A DNA stretch of 64,000 nt. It comes from a virus. Made by a program: the position numbers and the translations under genes. Numbering within the stretch: the first letter of the stretch is position 1; each line of letters starts with the position of its first letter. Positions 1-7,225 of the stretch are shown one piece after another. Below the pieces are notes generated by a model. It was not told where the DNA came from. It made no database searches and was given only the letters and a program-made list of their open reading frames with translations. The stretch covers positions 1-64,000 of the IMG/VR virus record IMGVR_UViG_3300045988_104133. One strand, written 5' to 3'.

Positions 1-46
1 GAGCGAGATACGGGAGTCGAACCCGCCTCACAGGCTTGGGAAGCCT
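1..46 (-). other. 3' portion of a tRNA-Gly(CCC)-like gene (anticodon arm to acceptor 3' strand) lacking D arm and 5' acceptor strand; candidate attachment-site core
   Basis: Reverse complement reads GAGGC-TTCCCAA-GCCTG / TGAG / GCGGG-TTCGACT-CCCGT / ATCTCGC-T-C, then the window edge. The next ~80 nt upstream on that strand contain no GCGAGAT partner and no D-arm. Confidence 0.5.
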
Positions 47-132
47 CTCTCGTGTTTTGATAAAACGCTAACGCTCTGATACTTAGGGTTATCGAATAAC
101 ACTGCACTCACATATTACTCACAAATTCTATT

Positions 133-621
133 CTATTTAACTTTCTTGAGAGTGTAATAGCTATTGTAAGTTGTGTGAAACCAAAGTTTTATTGTACCAT
201 CACTTTCAAAGTCTATGTCATGGGTTCTTGGCATGCTTGACTCCGATTTATATGTGTATAATGTAAAACCAGTTGCTTCGTAGTATTGCAAACTCCATTT
301 TATAAACGACAAGTCTTCTTTTACGTCTTTCGTCATAAAAGGTTCTTCTCCGTCATAGTATACATAAGCAGTTGCTTCGCCAGTACACTTCGTTCTCTCG
401 CTACTCATAAGCTCCAGATAGCAATCTCCCTCTATCCTGATTTTTGGATCATAAACTCCACCGCCAGAACCACCACCGATAACTTTCCATTTGCCGATGA
501 GATAGTTTTCTCGATCGTTCTGAATCTTCTGGTCGTTGATAGAAGAGTCATCGCTACTGCTGCATGATGTGAATGATGCTCCTGCAAGAAGTATCATTGC
601 TGCTAATAATACCTTCTTCAT
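133..621 (-). CDS. Secreted lipoprotein (moron-like, next to repressor)
   Basis: N-terminus MKKVLLAAMILLAGASFTSC followed by SSSDDS. This is a signal peptide with a lipobox Cys and an acidic stretch typical of Bacteroidota surface lipoproteins. Confidence 0.75.
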   Translation of the reverse strand: MKKVLLAAMILLAGASFTSCSSSDDSSINDQKIQNDRENYLIGKWKVIGGGSGGGVYDPKIRIEGDCYLELMSSERTKCTGEATAYVYYDGEEPFMTKDVKEDLSFIKWSLQYYEATGFTLYTYKSESSMPRTHDIDFESDGTIKLWFHTTYNSYYTLKKVK

Positions 622-641
622 AATCCTTATATATAATAATG

Positions 642-1151
642 TTATACCTCGATTCCGTTATCTGCAAGAATCTTCCTGAGAAGACGAATCTCGCTGTCCT
701 TAGACTTGATAGTCTCGTTCTGTGCATTGATGATCTGAATGAGCTGGGCATTCTTGTCTTTGAACGACTCCTCTTCACGCTCCTTGGCCCGTTCCGTTCC
801 CGTAGTTAAGTTTTGGCTATTGTCACCAACGTTCCCGGCATTTATCAGCTGCGCCATCGGTATGCCGTGCTTAAACGCCTCGTTGATGGACTCTTCTATC
901 TTCTGATGCGTTTCGCCTAGCTGAATTACCATATTTCCATTCATACTACCGCTTCCATACTTTAGCCAGCTATAGCTAACCCCAAGAGAATTGCATATTT
1001 TACTAATCGTTCCCTCGGATATTGACAGCTTCCCGCTTCTCATCTTGCCGATGTTGTTTGTTCCTGTAGCCTTCATGAAGGCATTCTCGCTCATCTTCTT
1101 AATCTTGATGAGGTAATCTAACCTTTCTTGTACCGAATTTAATGTTCCCAT
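642..1151 (-). CDS. XRE/CI-type helix-turn-helix repressor with C-terminal coiled coil
   Basis: N-terminal HTH_3-like pattern (LDYLIKIKKMSENAFMKATGTNNIGKMRSGKLSISEGTISKICNSLGVSYSWLKYGSG). Divergent from the early operon. Confidence 0.75.
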   Translation of the reverse strand: MGTLNSVQERLDYLIKIKKMSENAFMKATGTNNIGKMRSGKLSISEGTISKICNSLGVSYSWLKYGSGSMNGNMVIQLGETHQKIEESINEAFKHGIPMAQLINAGNVGDNSQNLTTGTERAKEREEESFKDKNAQLIQIINAQNETIKSKDSEIRLLRKILADNGIEV

Positions 1152-1201
1152 AATGCTTCTTAGTTTTATATACGCAACTAAATCGACTCGAAACGTTAAA
1201 A

Positions 1202-1251
1202 TTCGGTAATATACCGAAGTATTTTACCGAAACATTAGGTACTTTACCGAA
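1202..1251. promoter_or_regulatory. Operator-like repeats: inverted TTCGGTA-ATA-TACCGAA plus two direct TACCGAA half-sites
   Basis: TTCGGTA 1202-1208 pairs with TACCGAA 1212-1218. Further TACCGAA copies lie at 1225-1231 and 1245-1251, all between the divergent repressor and early genes. Confidence 0.5.
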
Positions 1252-1258
1252 GTTTTTG

Positions 1259-1266
1259 TACCTTTG
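1259..1266 (+). promoter_or_regulatory. Bacteroidales-type -7 promoter box TAccTTTG (early rightward promoter candidate)
   Basis: Exact TAnnTTTG match immediately after the operator repeats. No clear -33 TTTG was seen. Confidence 0.4.
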
Positions 1267-1410
1267 CACTCGTTGACGGTCGAGTAACCAACAAAGCCGT
1301 TACAAACGGAGGCTTGTGCGACCGAAAGTACGTACTTTACATTGACACTGCAAATATACGACTTTTTTCGCATTCCTCCAAATTTTTAATGAATTATTTA
1401 AGTAACAAAG

Positions 1411-1632
1411 ATGAAAAAAGTTGCAAGAATAACAAAACAGGACATATTGGGCATCAAACCAGGAAAATTTGAAATCTTTCTGCTTGAGTCCGCAAAAGCA
1501 GTTCGGTCGGCAGTAACATACGCCTATCAGCTTGCTCAATACGAAGATTTGCCTAAAGGAGTGCTTAAGTACTCAACCTCGGCAGATTACAAGAACCATA
1601 CGGCGATTATTACCGCTGTTCCGGTTGAGTAG
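1411..1632 (+). CDS. Hypothetical protein (first early gene)
   Basis: ATG-initiated 73-aa ORF on the block's coding strand. No motif recognised. Confidence 0.5.
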   Translation: MKKVARITKQDILGIKPGKFEIFLLESAKAVRSAVTYAYQLAQYEDLPKGVLKYSTSADYKNHTAIITAVPVE

Positions 1633-1652
1633 TAAACTTAAATATGTAAAAT

Positions 1653-2486
1653 ATGAACGATATTCACTTAAAGAAGATTAGTCCGATGTTTGGGACTATT
1701 AGAATCGAGGGGACGGAGAAAGAACCTCTGTTTTGTGCAAGTGATGTGTGTAAGGCACTTGGATTTTCAAATCCCTGGAAAGCTGTAGGTGATCACGTTG
1801 ATGACGATGACCTAACGAAACGTGAGGTCATAGATTCCCAAGGAAGAAAGCAGAATACGAACTTCATAAGCGAGTCTGGTCTTTATGCCTTGATTTTTGG
1901 TAGCAAGTTACCACAAGCAAAGGACTTTAAAAGATGGGTAACGAGTGAAGTTCTTCCTAGTATTCGTCAAGATGGAGGGTATATGACCATGGCTGACGAA
2001 GAGTCCGAGGAAGACTTGATGGCTAGAGCTCTTATTGTCGCTAAAGCCACTCTTAAAAGGAGAGAGGAGCGCATAAAAGCACTAGAAACCGAGAATTATG
2101 CAAAGGATAAGGAAATTGTTGAGCTAAGTAGTACAATTTCTGATATGAAACCAAAAGTCAACTACGTTGATATGATATTGGCAAGTAAGGAAACTGTAAC
2201 AACTACTCAGATAGCTCAGGACTACGGAAAGTCAGCAAAGGCATTCAATATAATGCTCAGAAACTATGGTATTCAGCACAAGGTCGGTGGTCAGTGGATC
2301 TTGTATGCGAAATATCTACCTTGCGGATATGTTCATTCCGAAACAGTTCCTATCGTTCATTCGAATGGGACATCAGGGTCTGTGATGCATACAAAGTGGA
2401 CTCAGAAAGGTAGGCTGTTTCTGTATGATGAGCTGAAGAGTCGAGGTGTTATACCTACTATAGAACAGGAATTGGTTAAAAGATAA
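1653..2486 (+). CDS. Phage antirepressor, Bro-N domain plus KilAC/ANT C-terminal domain
   Basis: Bro-N-like N-terminus (PLFCASDVCKALGFSNPWKAV...SESGLYALIFGSKLPQAKDFKRWVTSEVLPSIR). KilAC-like C-terminus (VNYVDMIL...TTTQIAQDYGKSAKAFN). Confidence 0.85.
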   Translation: MNDIHLKKISPMFGTIRIEGTEKEPLFCASDVCKALGFSNPWKAVGDHVDDDDLTKREVIDSQGRKQNTNFISESGLYALIFGSKLPQAKDFKRWVTSEVLPSIRQDGGYMTMADEESEEDLMARALIVAKATLKRREERIKALETENYAKDKEIVELSSTISDMKPKVNYVDMILASKETVTTTQIAQDYGKSAKAFNIMLRNYGIQHKVGGQWILYAKYLPCGYVHSETVPIVHSNGTSGSVMHTKWTQKGRLFLYDELKSRGVIPTIEQELVKR

Positions 2487-2491
2487 AGCCT

Positions 2492-2695
2492 ATGCCTCGC
2501 AAGAAAGTATCAGTAGAGCCTGTCGAAAAGATTTGGCTCTCTACAAAAGAGTTCGCCGAGTATATCGGCATGAGCACTGGTTATATACACGACCTAAGAA
2601 AGAGCGGTCAGATCCATCATTATATGATAGGCAATACCGCATTCTTTAAAAAGTCCGATATAGATGAGCTCATTGAAGAGCATAAAGTGTGTTGA
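2492..2695 (+). CDS. Small HTH_17 (excisionase/MerR-like) DNA-binding protein
   Basis: WLSTKEFAEYIGMSTGYIHDLRKSGQIHHYMIGNTAFFKKSDIDELIE matches the excisionase-family HTH pattern. Confidence 0.7.
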   Translation: MPRKKVSVEPVEKIWLSTKEFAEYIGMSTGYIHDLRKSGQIHHYMIGNTAFFKKSDIDELIEEHKVC

Positions 2696-2829
2696 AAATT
2701 GGTATGGTTAAAGTTATAGGTTTGTTTCATTTGCTCGTGAGAGCATGTTGTTAGTTATTTTGTTTACGTCTACAACGGTAGACACTTTGGGGCGATGTCT
2801 GTTCGTTTAGCTTCTTTCGCCCCAAATCA

Positions 2830-2904
2830 GACTGAGTAGCTCAGTTGGATAGAGCATCGGTTTCCTAAACCGAGGGTCGAAGGGTCCGAGTCCCTCCTCA
2901 GTCA
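2830..2904 (+). tRNA. tRNA-Arg (anticodon CCU) with atypical T arm
   Basis: Acceptor GACTGAG/CTCAGTC, D arm GCTC-AGTTGGATA-GAGC, anticodon arm TCGGT-TTCCTAA-ACCGA. The T arm is 18 nt with loop TCCGAGT (TCC instead of TTC). Confidence 0.8.
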
Positions 2905-3454
2905 CACTCTTTTTTTTAGTTCCGTTTAGTAGTTGAATTCCTCTCTGACGGCGCAAAGGTAAGTCCTTATACCTTATAAAGTAGGTCGTTCGGGCAGCGA
3001 CAATCTTGCGTCAGATGAGAGTTTCATTGAGCGGACATGGAAGATAGTTCTTTGACATGTTGATGCACAGAAATAGTATGCGTGTAAAAGAAGTAACTGG
3101 ATAGCATCAATGGATGCCGTGACCTGGCGAAAGGACGCACGACATACGAAAATCCAGCTAATCTGCATCAAGTAAGCAGACGGACTACACCGGAACGAAG
3201 AATTGTCGGTGCAAGCACTGCCGAAAACGTTGCAGTCTGGTAAATCCAAATGAAGTGAGAATTGCTCATTCATAAAAAATAATCAAGAGGTTAGTAGTGT
3301 AACTGATGCACGGCGATAACAAAATGATACCGATCTTATCATCGCAAGAGGTTCTTCGTTGAGCCCTAGCCTCCAAAAAGTAATTCATTGTATTTCATAT
3401 TCAAATTAATTCAATTAAAAATGCAGCTCGTCTGTGAAGATAGGCTGCATACAT
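2905..3454 (+). ncRNA. Candidate large structured non-coding RNA inside the tRNA array
   Basis: 550 nt with no credible ORF and GC-normal composition between AT-rich spacers. Several nested complementary pairs were found (2944-2950/3009-3015, 2956-2961/2970-2975, 3076-3084/3138-3147, 3104-3108/3113-3117, 3188-3192/3207-3211, 3422-3427/3444-3449). Confidence 0.35.
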
Positions 3455-3527
3455 CGCAGGTTGGAGCAGTTGGTAGCTCGCTAGGTTCATGACCTAGAGG
3501 TCACAGATTCGAGTTCTGTACCTGCCA
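3455..3527 (+). tRNA. tRNA with CAU anticodon (Met/fMet or Ile2-type)
   Basis: Anticodon arm CTAGG-TTCATGA-CCTAG, T arm ACAGA-TTCGAGT-TCTGT, D arm GAGC-AGTTGGTA-GCTC. Positions 1:72 are a C-C mismatch. Confidence 0.8.
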
Positions 3528-3530
3528 CAA

Positions 3531-3584
3531 ATGTTTATTTTTAAAGCTCTAAAATGTTTATTTTTAAAGCTCTAAATTGTTTAT
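3531..3584. repeat. 23-bp perfect tandem duplication (ATGTTTATTTTTAAAGCTCTAAA x2 plus partial third copy)
   Basis: Copies at 3531-3553 and 3554-3576 are identical. 3577-3584 begins a third, diverged copy. Confidence 0.9.
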
Positions 3585-3671
3585 ATGTGAAAAGATTGTT
3601 TTTTGCGTATCTGGGGTCTGAGAAGATAGGGTACGTCTATCTATTTTAGAATAGATTATTTTTTATTTCTG

Positions 3672-3748
3672 AGGAGAGTAGCTCAGTAGTAGAGCGCCAG
3701 AGGAAGATTCCTTGGAGGTCGATGGTGCGAATCCATCCTCTCTTCCCA
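3672..3748 (+). tRNA. tRNA-like gene with encoded CCA but non-canonical anticodon arm (identity undetermined)
   Basis: Acceptor AGGAGAG/CTCTCTT, D arm GCTC-AGTAGTA-GAGC, T arm GATGG-TGCGAAT-CCATC, then C+CCA. There are 20 nt (GCCAGAGGAAGATTCCTTGG) where 18 are expected, and no 5-bp/7-nt fold. Confidence 0.5.
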
Positions 3749-3793
3749 ATTTTCTTTCATTTTTCAAGAATTTTGATTGGTTAACTTATGCGT

Positions 3794-3867
3794 CGCCCAG
3801 TAGCTCAACTGCATAGAGCCGCGGTTCTCTTTCCGCGAGGTTGGGAGTTGGAGTCTCCCCTGGGCTT
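3794..3867 (+). tRNA. tRNA-like gene with 8-nt all-pyrimidine anticodon loop (identity undetermined)
   Basis: D arm GCTC-AACTGCATA-GAGC. Stem CGCGG/CCGCG closes the loop TTCTCTTT. T arm is GGGAG-TTGGAGT-CTCCC. Acceptor CGCCCAG/CTGGGCT has a 1:72 C-T mismatch. Confidence 0.45.
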
Positions 3868-3989
3868 CCCAAGTAGGTAAATTTCAAAAAAATATTTTTT
3901 CATTAGCTGACAGAGGTCGGCACTTTTTCTTATAAGTCATTTATATTTGAGTATTAATATCCTCTTGCTTGTGAAAGTAGGAGGTACAA

Positions 3990-4061
3990 GCCACATTAGC
4001 TCAGTTGGTCAGAGCAGCCTAACATGGTGGTTGGTCGTAGGTTCGAGTCCTGCATGTGGCT
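3990..4061 (+). tRNA. tRNA-like gene with truncated anticodon arm containing CAT
   Basis: Perfect acceptor GCCACAT/ATGTGGC, D arm GCTC-AGTTGGTCA-GAGC and T arm GTAGG-TTCGAGT-CCTGC. Only about 15 nt (GCCTAACATGGTGGT) stand where a 17-nt arm is expected. Confidence 0.55.
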
Positions 4062-4182
4062 CACTTAATTGTGTGAGTGCCATAAATTTACAGTTTTTGA
4101 TTATCTTTGGGAGTGAGGGAGTCAATTCTCCCTCCTCCCTTTAACGTTGACCTCTTCCACATCACGAATAACCACGTGCAAT

Positions 4183-4221
4183 AACCTCTCCTGCCTTGCG
4201 TGGTGGCTAAACGGAGAGGTT
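4183..4221 (+). terminator. 9-bp hairpin (AACCTCTCC/GGAGAGGTT) with short T tract, at the end of the tRNA array and 8 nt before the next ATG
   Basis: Stem 4183-4191 pairs with 4213-4221, then TTTT. CCACG 4172-4176 can alternatively pair with CGTGG 4199-4203 in the loop. Confidence 0.35.
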
Positions 4222-4229
4222 TTATATAG

Positions 4230-4493
4230 ATGAAAGTTAAAAATACAATAAGAATCAGTAAGGAAAACATTAATGCTCTTCGGAATCTGGAATGCGTTGA
4301 AAGCATAGAACAGAACGGAAAGGACATTACTGTTCGCATTAAACCGAAATATACGGATGGTAGACTTGAAGCCAGAAAGGGTGAATATCTTATTCAGTGG
4401 GGTAATAAAATGTGGCAGAGGTATGGCTCTGATGCTATCAATCTGCTTTTCAAAAATCCCGGAGCGGAGGCCGGCAAGACATGGGACGCGTAG
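4230..4493 (+). CDS. Hypothetical protein
   Basis: 87-aa ATG ORF on the coding strand of the block. It overlaps the next gene by 13 nt. Confidence 0.55.
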   Translation: MKVKNTIRISKENINALRNLECVESIEQNGKDITVRIKPKYTDGRLEARKGEYLIQWGNKMWQRYGSDAINLLFKNPGAEAGKTWDA

Positions 4494-4945
4494 GTTCAAA
4501 GAAGTATTACGCTCCTGACGGGAACGAATACGATTCAAGAGAGGAGTATCTGTACTTGCAGACAATCCTCGATGATCCTAATATAAGCTGTATTCACAGA
4601 CAGGTAACCATCACGGCAATTAAGCCTGTATGGATGCTGAGACCAAAGCAGCTTAAAACTAAGGTCAAGTATGAAAGAAGGTCATTGCTTTACGGCCACA
4701 ACTATACTGCCGACTTCGTTTACCGGGAAGGCGAGAAGATTGTGATATGTGATGTCAAGAGCCTCTATACCTCAAAGCTCAGAGAGTTCTCGATTACAAC
4801 AAAGGCTGTGGTGGCAAGACTTATCGCTCACAATAGGAAACGTCATAACGGCGAGTCTGTTGTGATATTCCGTAAGGCTATCAAGATAAAGAAGAACGAG
4901 TGGAAAATCGTTGATTATCCACCGTCCGATTGCTATATTATATAA
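4481..4945 (+). CDS. DUF1064-family (YqaN-like) putative PD-(D/E)xK nuclease/resolvase
   Basis: SKKYYAPDGNEYDSREEYLYLQ ... YTADFVYREGEKIVICDVKS matches the DUF1064 pattern (SKY.A..DG..FDSK.E ... Y.ADF.Y....vv.DvKg). Confidence 0.65.
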   Translation: MGRVGSKKYYAPDGNEYDSREEYLYLQTILDDPNISCIHRQVTITAIKPVWMLRPKQLKTKVKYERRSLLYGHNYTADFVYREGEKIVICDVKSLYTSKLREFSITTKAVVARLIAHNRKRHNGESVVIFRKAIKIKKNEWKIVDYPPSDCYII

Positions 4946-5088
4946 TAAGGTATAAAACAAGAAGATATGGTTATTATTATCAATAGTCTCATAGCAACAG
5001 TAGCTATGTTCGCTGCATGCGCATTCGTCGCACATCTCCTTGGTTGGGATAAGGAAGACTAGTAGTTTAATTCTAAATATTTTAAATT

Positions 5089-5484
5089 ATGGACAAAGAC
5101 AAAATTATCGTCAGTGTAGTAATTGACAAGCAGGCTCTTGTTGACAGAGCATTCGACATCTCGAAGAATCTTTCTGAGTTCAATGAAATCAAGAAGGTTA
5201 TCGACGGCAAAAACCAGTTTACTCGTGATATCGACGAGATTGATGATGAAGGCAAGAGGGAGAATAATACGAACCTTTTCGCCGGCATCGCATTGGACAT
5301 CATTCTCAGTGATAACCCGGAACTGGCAATCACCAAGCGCCTCAATTCGCTTGAGGACAAGAAGAACTCTTTCCTCGCTAAGATGAAGAAGCTCGACGAA
5401 CTCCAGGAAAAAGTGAAAAACGGAGAGGTGCATGGCGCTGAAGGTTTCCGTGAGTTGTTGAAAATAATGGAGGAGGACGTGTAA
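5089..5484 (+). CDS. Hypothetical acidic protein
   Basis: 131-aa ORF whose stop overlaps the next start (TAATG). Confidence 0.55.
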   Translation: MDKDKIIVSVVIDKQALVDRAFDISKNLSEFNEIKKVIDGKNQFTRDIDEIDDEGKRENNTNLFAGIALDIILSDNPELAITKRLNSLEDKKNSFLAKMKKLDELQEKVKNGEVHGAEGFRELLKIMEEDV

Positions 5485-5693
5485 TGGGCGTAGTATCAAA
5501 GTACGGCAACCTGTATGATGTCAAGAAGAACATCATCTGCCACGCTCCTGTCACTTCTTCTCATTTCGAAAGTATTTTGCAGAAGGGCAATGTGCTTCCT
5601 ATGATGAATGGCGTAACAACACCGGAATTGTTCGGAATTCACGCGGACAAGAAATTTAAGCGTGGACGCTGGCGCCGAGTATTAACACATTAA
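5484..5693 (+). CDS. Hypothetical protein
   Basis: 69-aa ORF, translationally coupled to the upstream gene. Confidence 0.5.
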   Translation: MGVVSKYGNLYDVKKNIICHAPVTSSHFESILQKGNVLPMMNGVTTPELFGIHADKKFKRGRWRRVLTH

Positions 5694-5706
5694 TTCATAT
5701 AACACA

Positions 5707-6156
5707 ATGGCAAAAGAAAAAGCAACTATTTCAGCAACCCTCGGTCATGAGTATGAGGATCTGGAGGAGCGTGAGGATTTCCTCGCCAACAACGCGGACT
5801 CTGTTGAGAAAATGGAGTTCATCAAGCGATTCAACTCTGATGAGCTGATGAAGAAGAAGGACCTGTTCGCTCTTCAGTCTGCACGTGCATCTGATATCGA
5901 GGAGGAAATCAAGGATTTCCGTGAGCAGAAAAAGGCAGAGCTGAAGCCTATCAAGGAAGAGATTTCTTCTCTCCTTAAGGAAATCAAGCAGAAGGGTAGC
6001 ATGGTTAACGAGAAGGTTTACAAGTTTGTTGACCGTGAAGCAAAGATGACTGCCTTCTACGACAAGGAGGGTAATCTTGTTTCTTCCCGTCCGGCAACAC
6101 GTGACGAACTCCCTAGCAATGTATACTCACTTAATCGTGACAAGCAGGCTATGTAG
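5707..6156 (+). CDS. Hypothetical coiled-coil protein
   Basis: 149-aa ORF rich in charged residues. Confidence 0.6.
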   Translation: MAKEKATISATLGHEYEDLEEREDFLANNADSVEKMEFIKRFNSDELMKKKDLFALQSARASDIEEEIKDFREQKKAELKPIKEEISSLLKEIKQKGSMVNEKVYKFVDREAKMTAFYDKEGNLVSSRPATRDELPSNVYSLNRDKQAM

Positions 6157-6198
6157 TCTGCTTTCACATAGTTTCTAAATTCTAAAATATTTTGTAAA

Positions 6199-6945
6199 AT
6201 GAACAATGAAAAATTGCAGATAGACCTCGCTCCTGGACAGGATCATGCGGAGATTGTTCTCCGTGAGGTAGGTAACGAGAACCCTTATAAGCTTCCTGCA
6301 AAGGAGCCTCTTAATCTTCAGGTAGACGGTGTTATTACCTGTATCTATGCCTTCCTTGAGAAGCGTTGGGGTACAGAGCAGATTGACAAAGAGCATACGC
6401 ATATCCTGGTTAATCGAGAGAAGCTCGTTGTTACTCTTGTTACAAACGAGAATGATGAGCGCACTACACAGACTATCGTAGGCTCCATTCAGCTGTCTCG
6501 TCAGTTTTCGGGATTTCATATCAATGACGGTCAGTTGTGGAAACCGGTACAGCTTGGTGACTTCTTCAGACTCAACCGTTCTTTCTTCGAGACGAAGGAG
6601 AAGAACATGGAACTCGTCAATCTCCTCAAGAGCTTCTCGGCGAAGGTTCAGACAACAATCAAGAAGGAATACAGCGACAATGGTTCCGTGACTGACAACT
6701 ATGAGAAGGCTGTAGACTCTAATCTTCCTCCATCGTTCACTATCAATATTCCTATTTTCAAGGGCGCAGAGCCTGAGAAGCTTTCAATCGAGACTATCGC
6801 TCACGTCGAAGGCAACATGGCATTACTGACGCTTATCTCTGCTGATGCAGAATGTATCATCGAAGAATCCCGCGACAAGATCATCAATACGGAGCTTGAT
6901 AAAATTCGTAAGCTCTGTCCTGAGATTCCTATTATGGAAGTGTAA
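6199..6945 (+). CDS. Hypothetical protein
   Basis: 248-aa ORF, coupled to the next gene (TAATG). Confidence 0.6.
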   Translation: MNNEKLQIDLAPGQDHAEIVLREVGNENPYKLPAKEPLNLQVDGVITCIYAFLEKRWGTEQIDKEHTHILVNREKLVVTLVTNENDERTTQTIVGSIQLSRQFSGFHINDGQLWKPVQLGDFFRLNRSFFETKEKNMELVNLLKSFSAKVQTTIKKEYSDNGSVTDNYEKAVDSNLPPSFTINIPIFKGAEPEKLSIETIAHVEGNMALLTLISADAECIIEESRDKIINTELDKIRKLCPEIPIMEV

Positions 6946-7208
6946 TGACAGAAATGGATAACAGAATAGCAAAAATGCCCGCCAAGATGGCCTTTGCTGT
7001 ACTTGACTTGCGTAAGGTGCATGCGTGCATCATGGAACTTCCACGAAGCAAGTCGGTACAGCTGGCCCGAAAGGCGGCATACCTCAACTACATTGAAGGT
7101 GAGGGTAGAAAACTCGGTAAGATTCCACTTCATTATGAACGCCTTAATGAAAAGGGCGAAAGCGTGACGGTGGAAACTTACTTCAGGTATTTAGATAGGG
7201 TACATTAA
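6945..7208 (+). CDS. Hypothetical protein
   Basis: 87-aa ORF in the operon. Confidence 0.5.
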   Translation: MTEMDNRIAKMPAKMAFAVLDLRKVHACIMELPRSKSVQLARKAAYLNYIEGEGRKLGKIPLHYERLNEKGESVTVETYFRYLDRVH

Positions 7209-7225
7209 TTTTTAATTCTATACAA

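Noticed and set aside
2954-2961. Exact minus-strand TAccTTTG box (plus CAAAGGTA) just after tRNA-Arg
   Set aside because: It would drive transcription antisense into the tRNA, with no downstream gene. The sequence forms one arm of a predicted hairpin (2956-2961 with 2970-2975), so it is probably structural rather than a promoter.
2974-3273. 99-aa ORF on the minus strand inside the tRNA-array spacer
   Set aside because: It runs antisense to the tRNA operon and its composition is Cys/Ser/Phe-rich and noise-like. It has no start context. The interval is better explained by RNA structure.
3531-3584. CRISPR-like array
   Set aside because: There are only two and a bit directly abutting copies with no spacers, and no cas genes in the window.
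3860-3875. GGCTTCCCAAG shared between the 3' flank of the 3794-3867 tRNA-like gene and the anticodon region of the half tRNA-Gly at 1-46
   Set aside because: The match is only 11 nt and lies in non-equivalent structural positions. That is too short to claim an att duplication.
2830-4061. Suppressor tRNAs / alternative genetic code
   Set aside because: No member has a clean CUA, UCA or UUA anticodon in a canonical loop. Very long ORFs (2297 and 2964 aa) are open under the standard code, so stop-codon reassignment is not needed.
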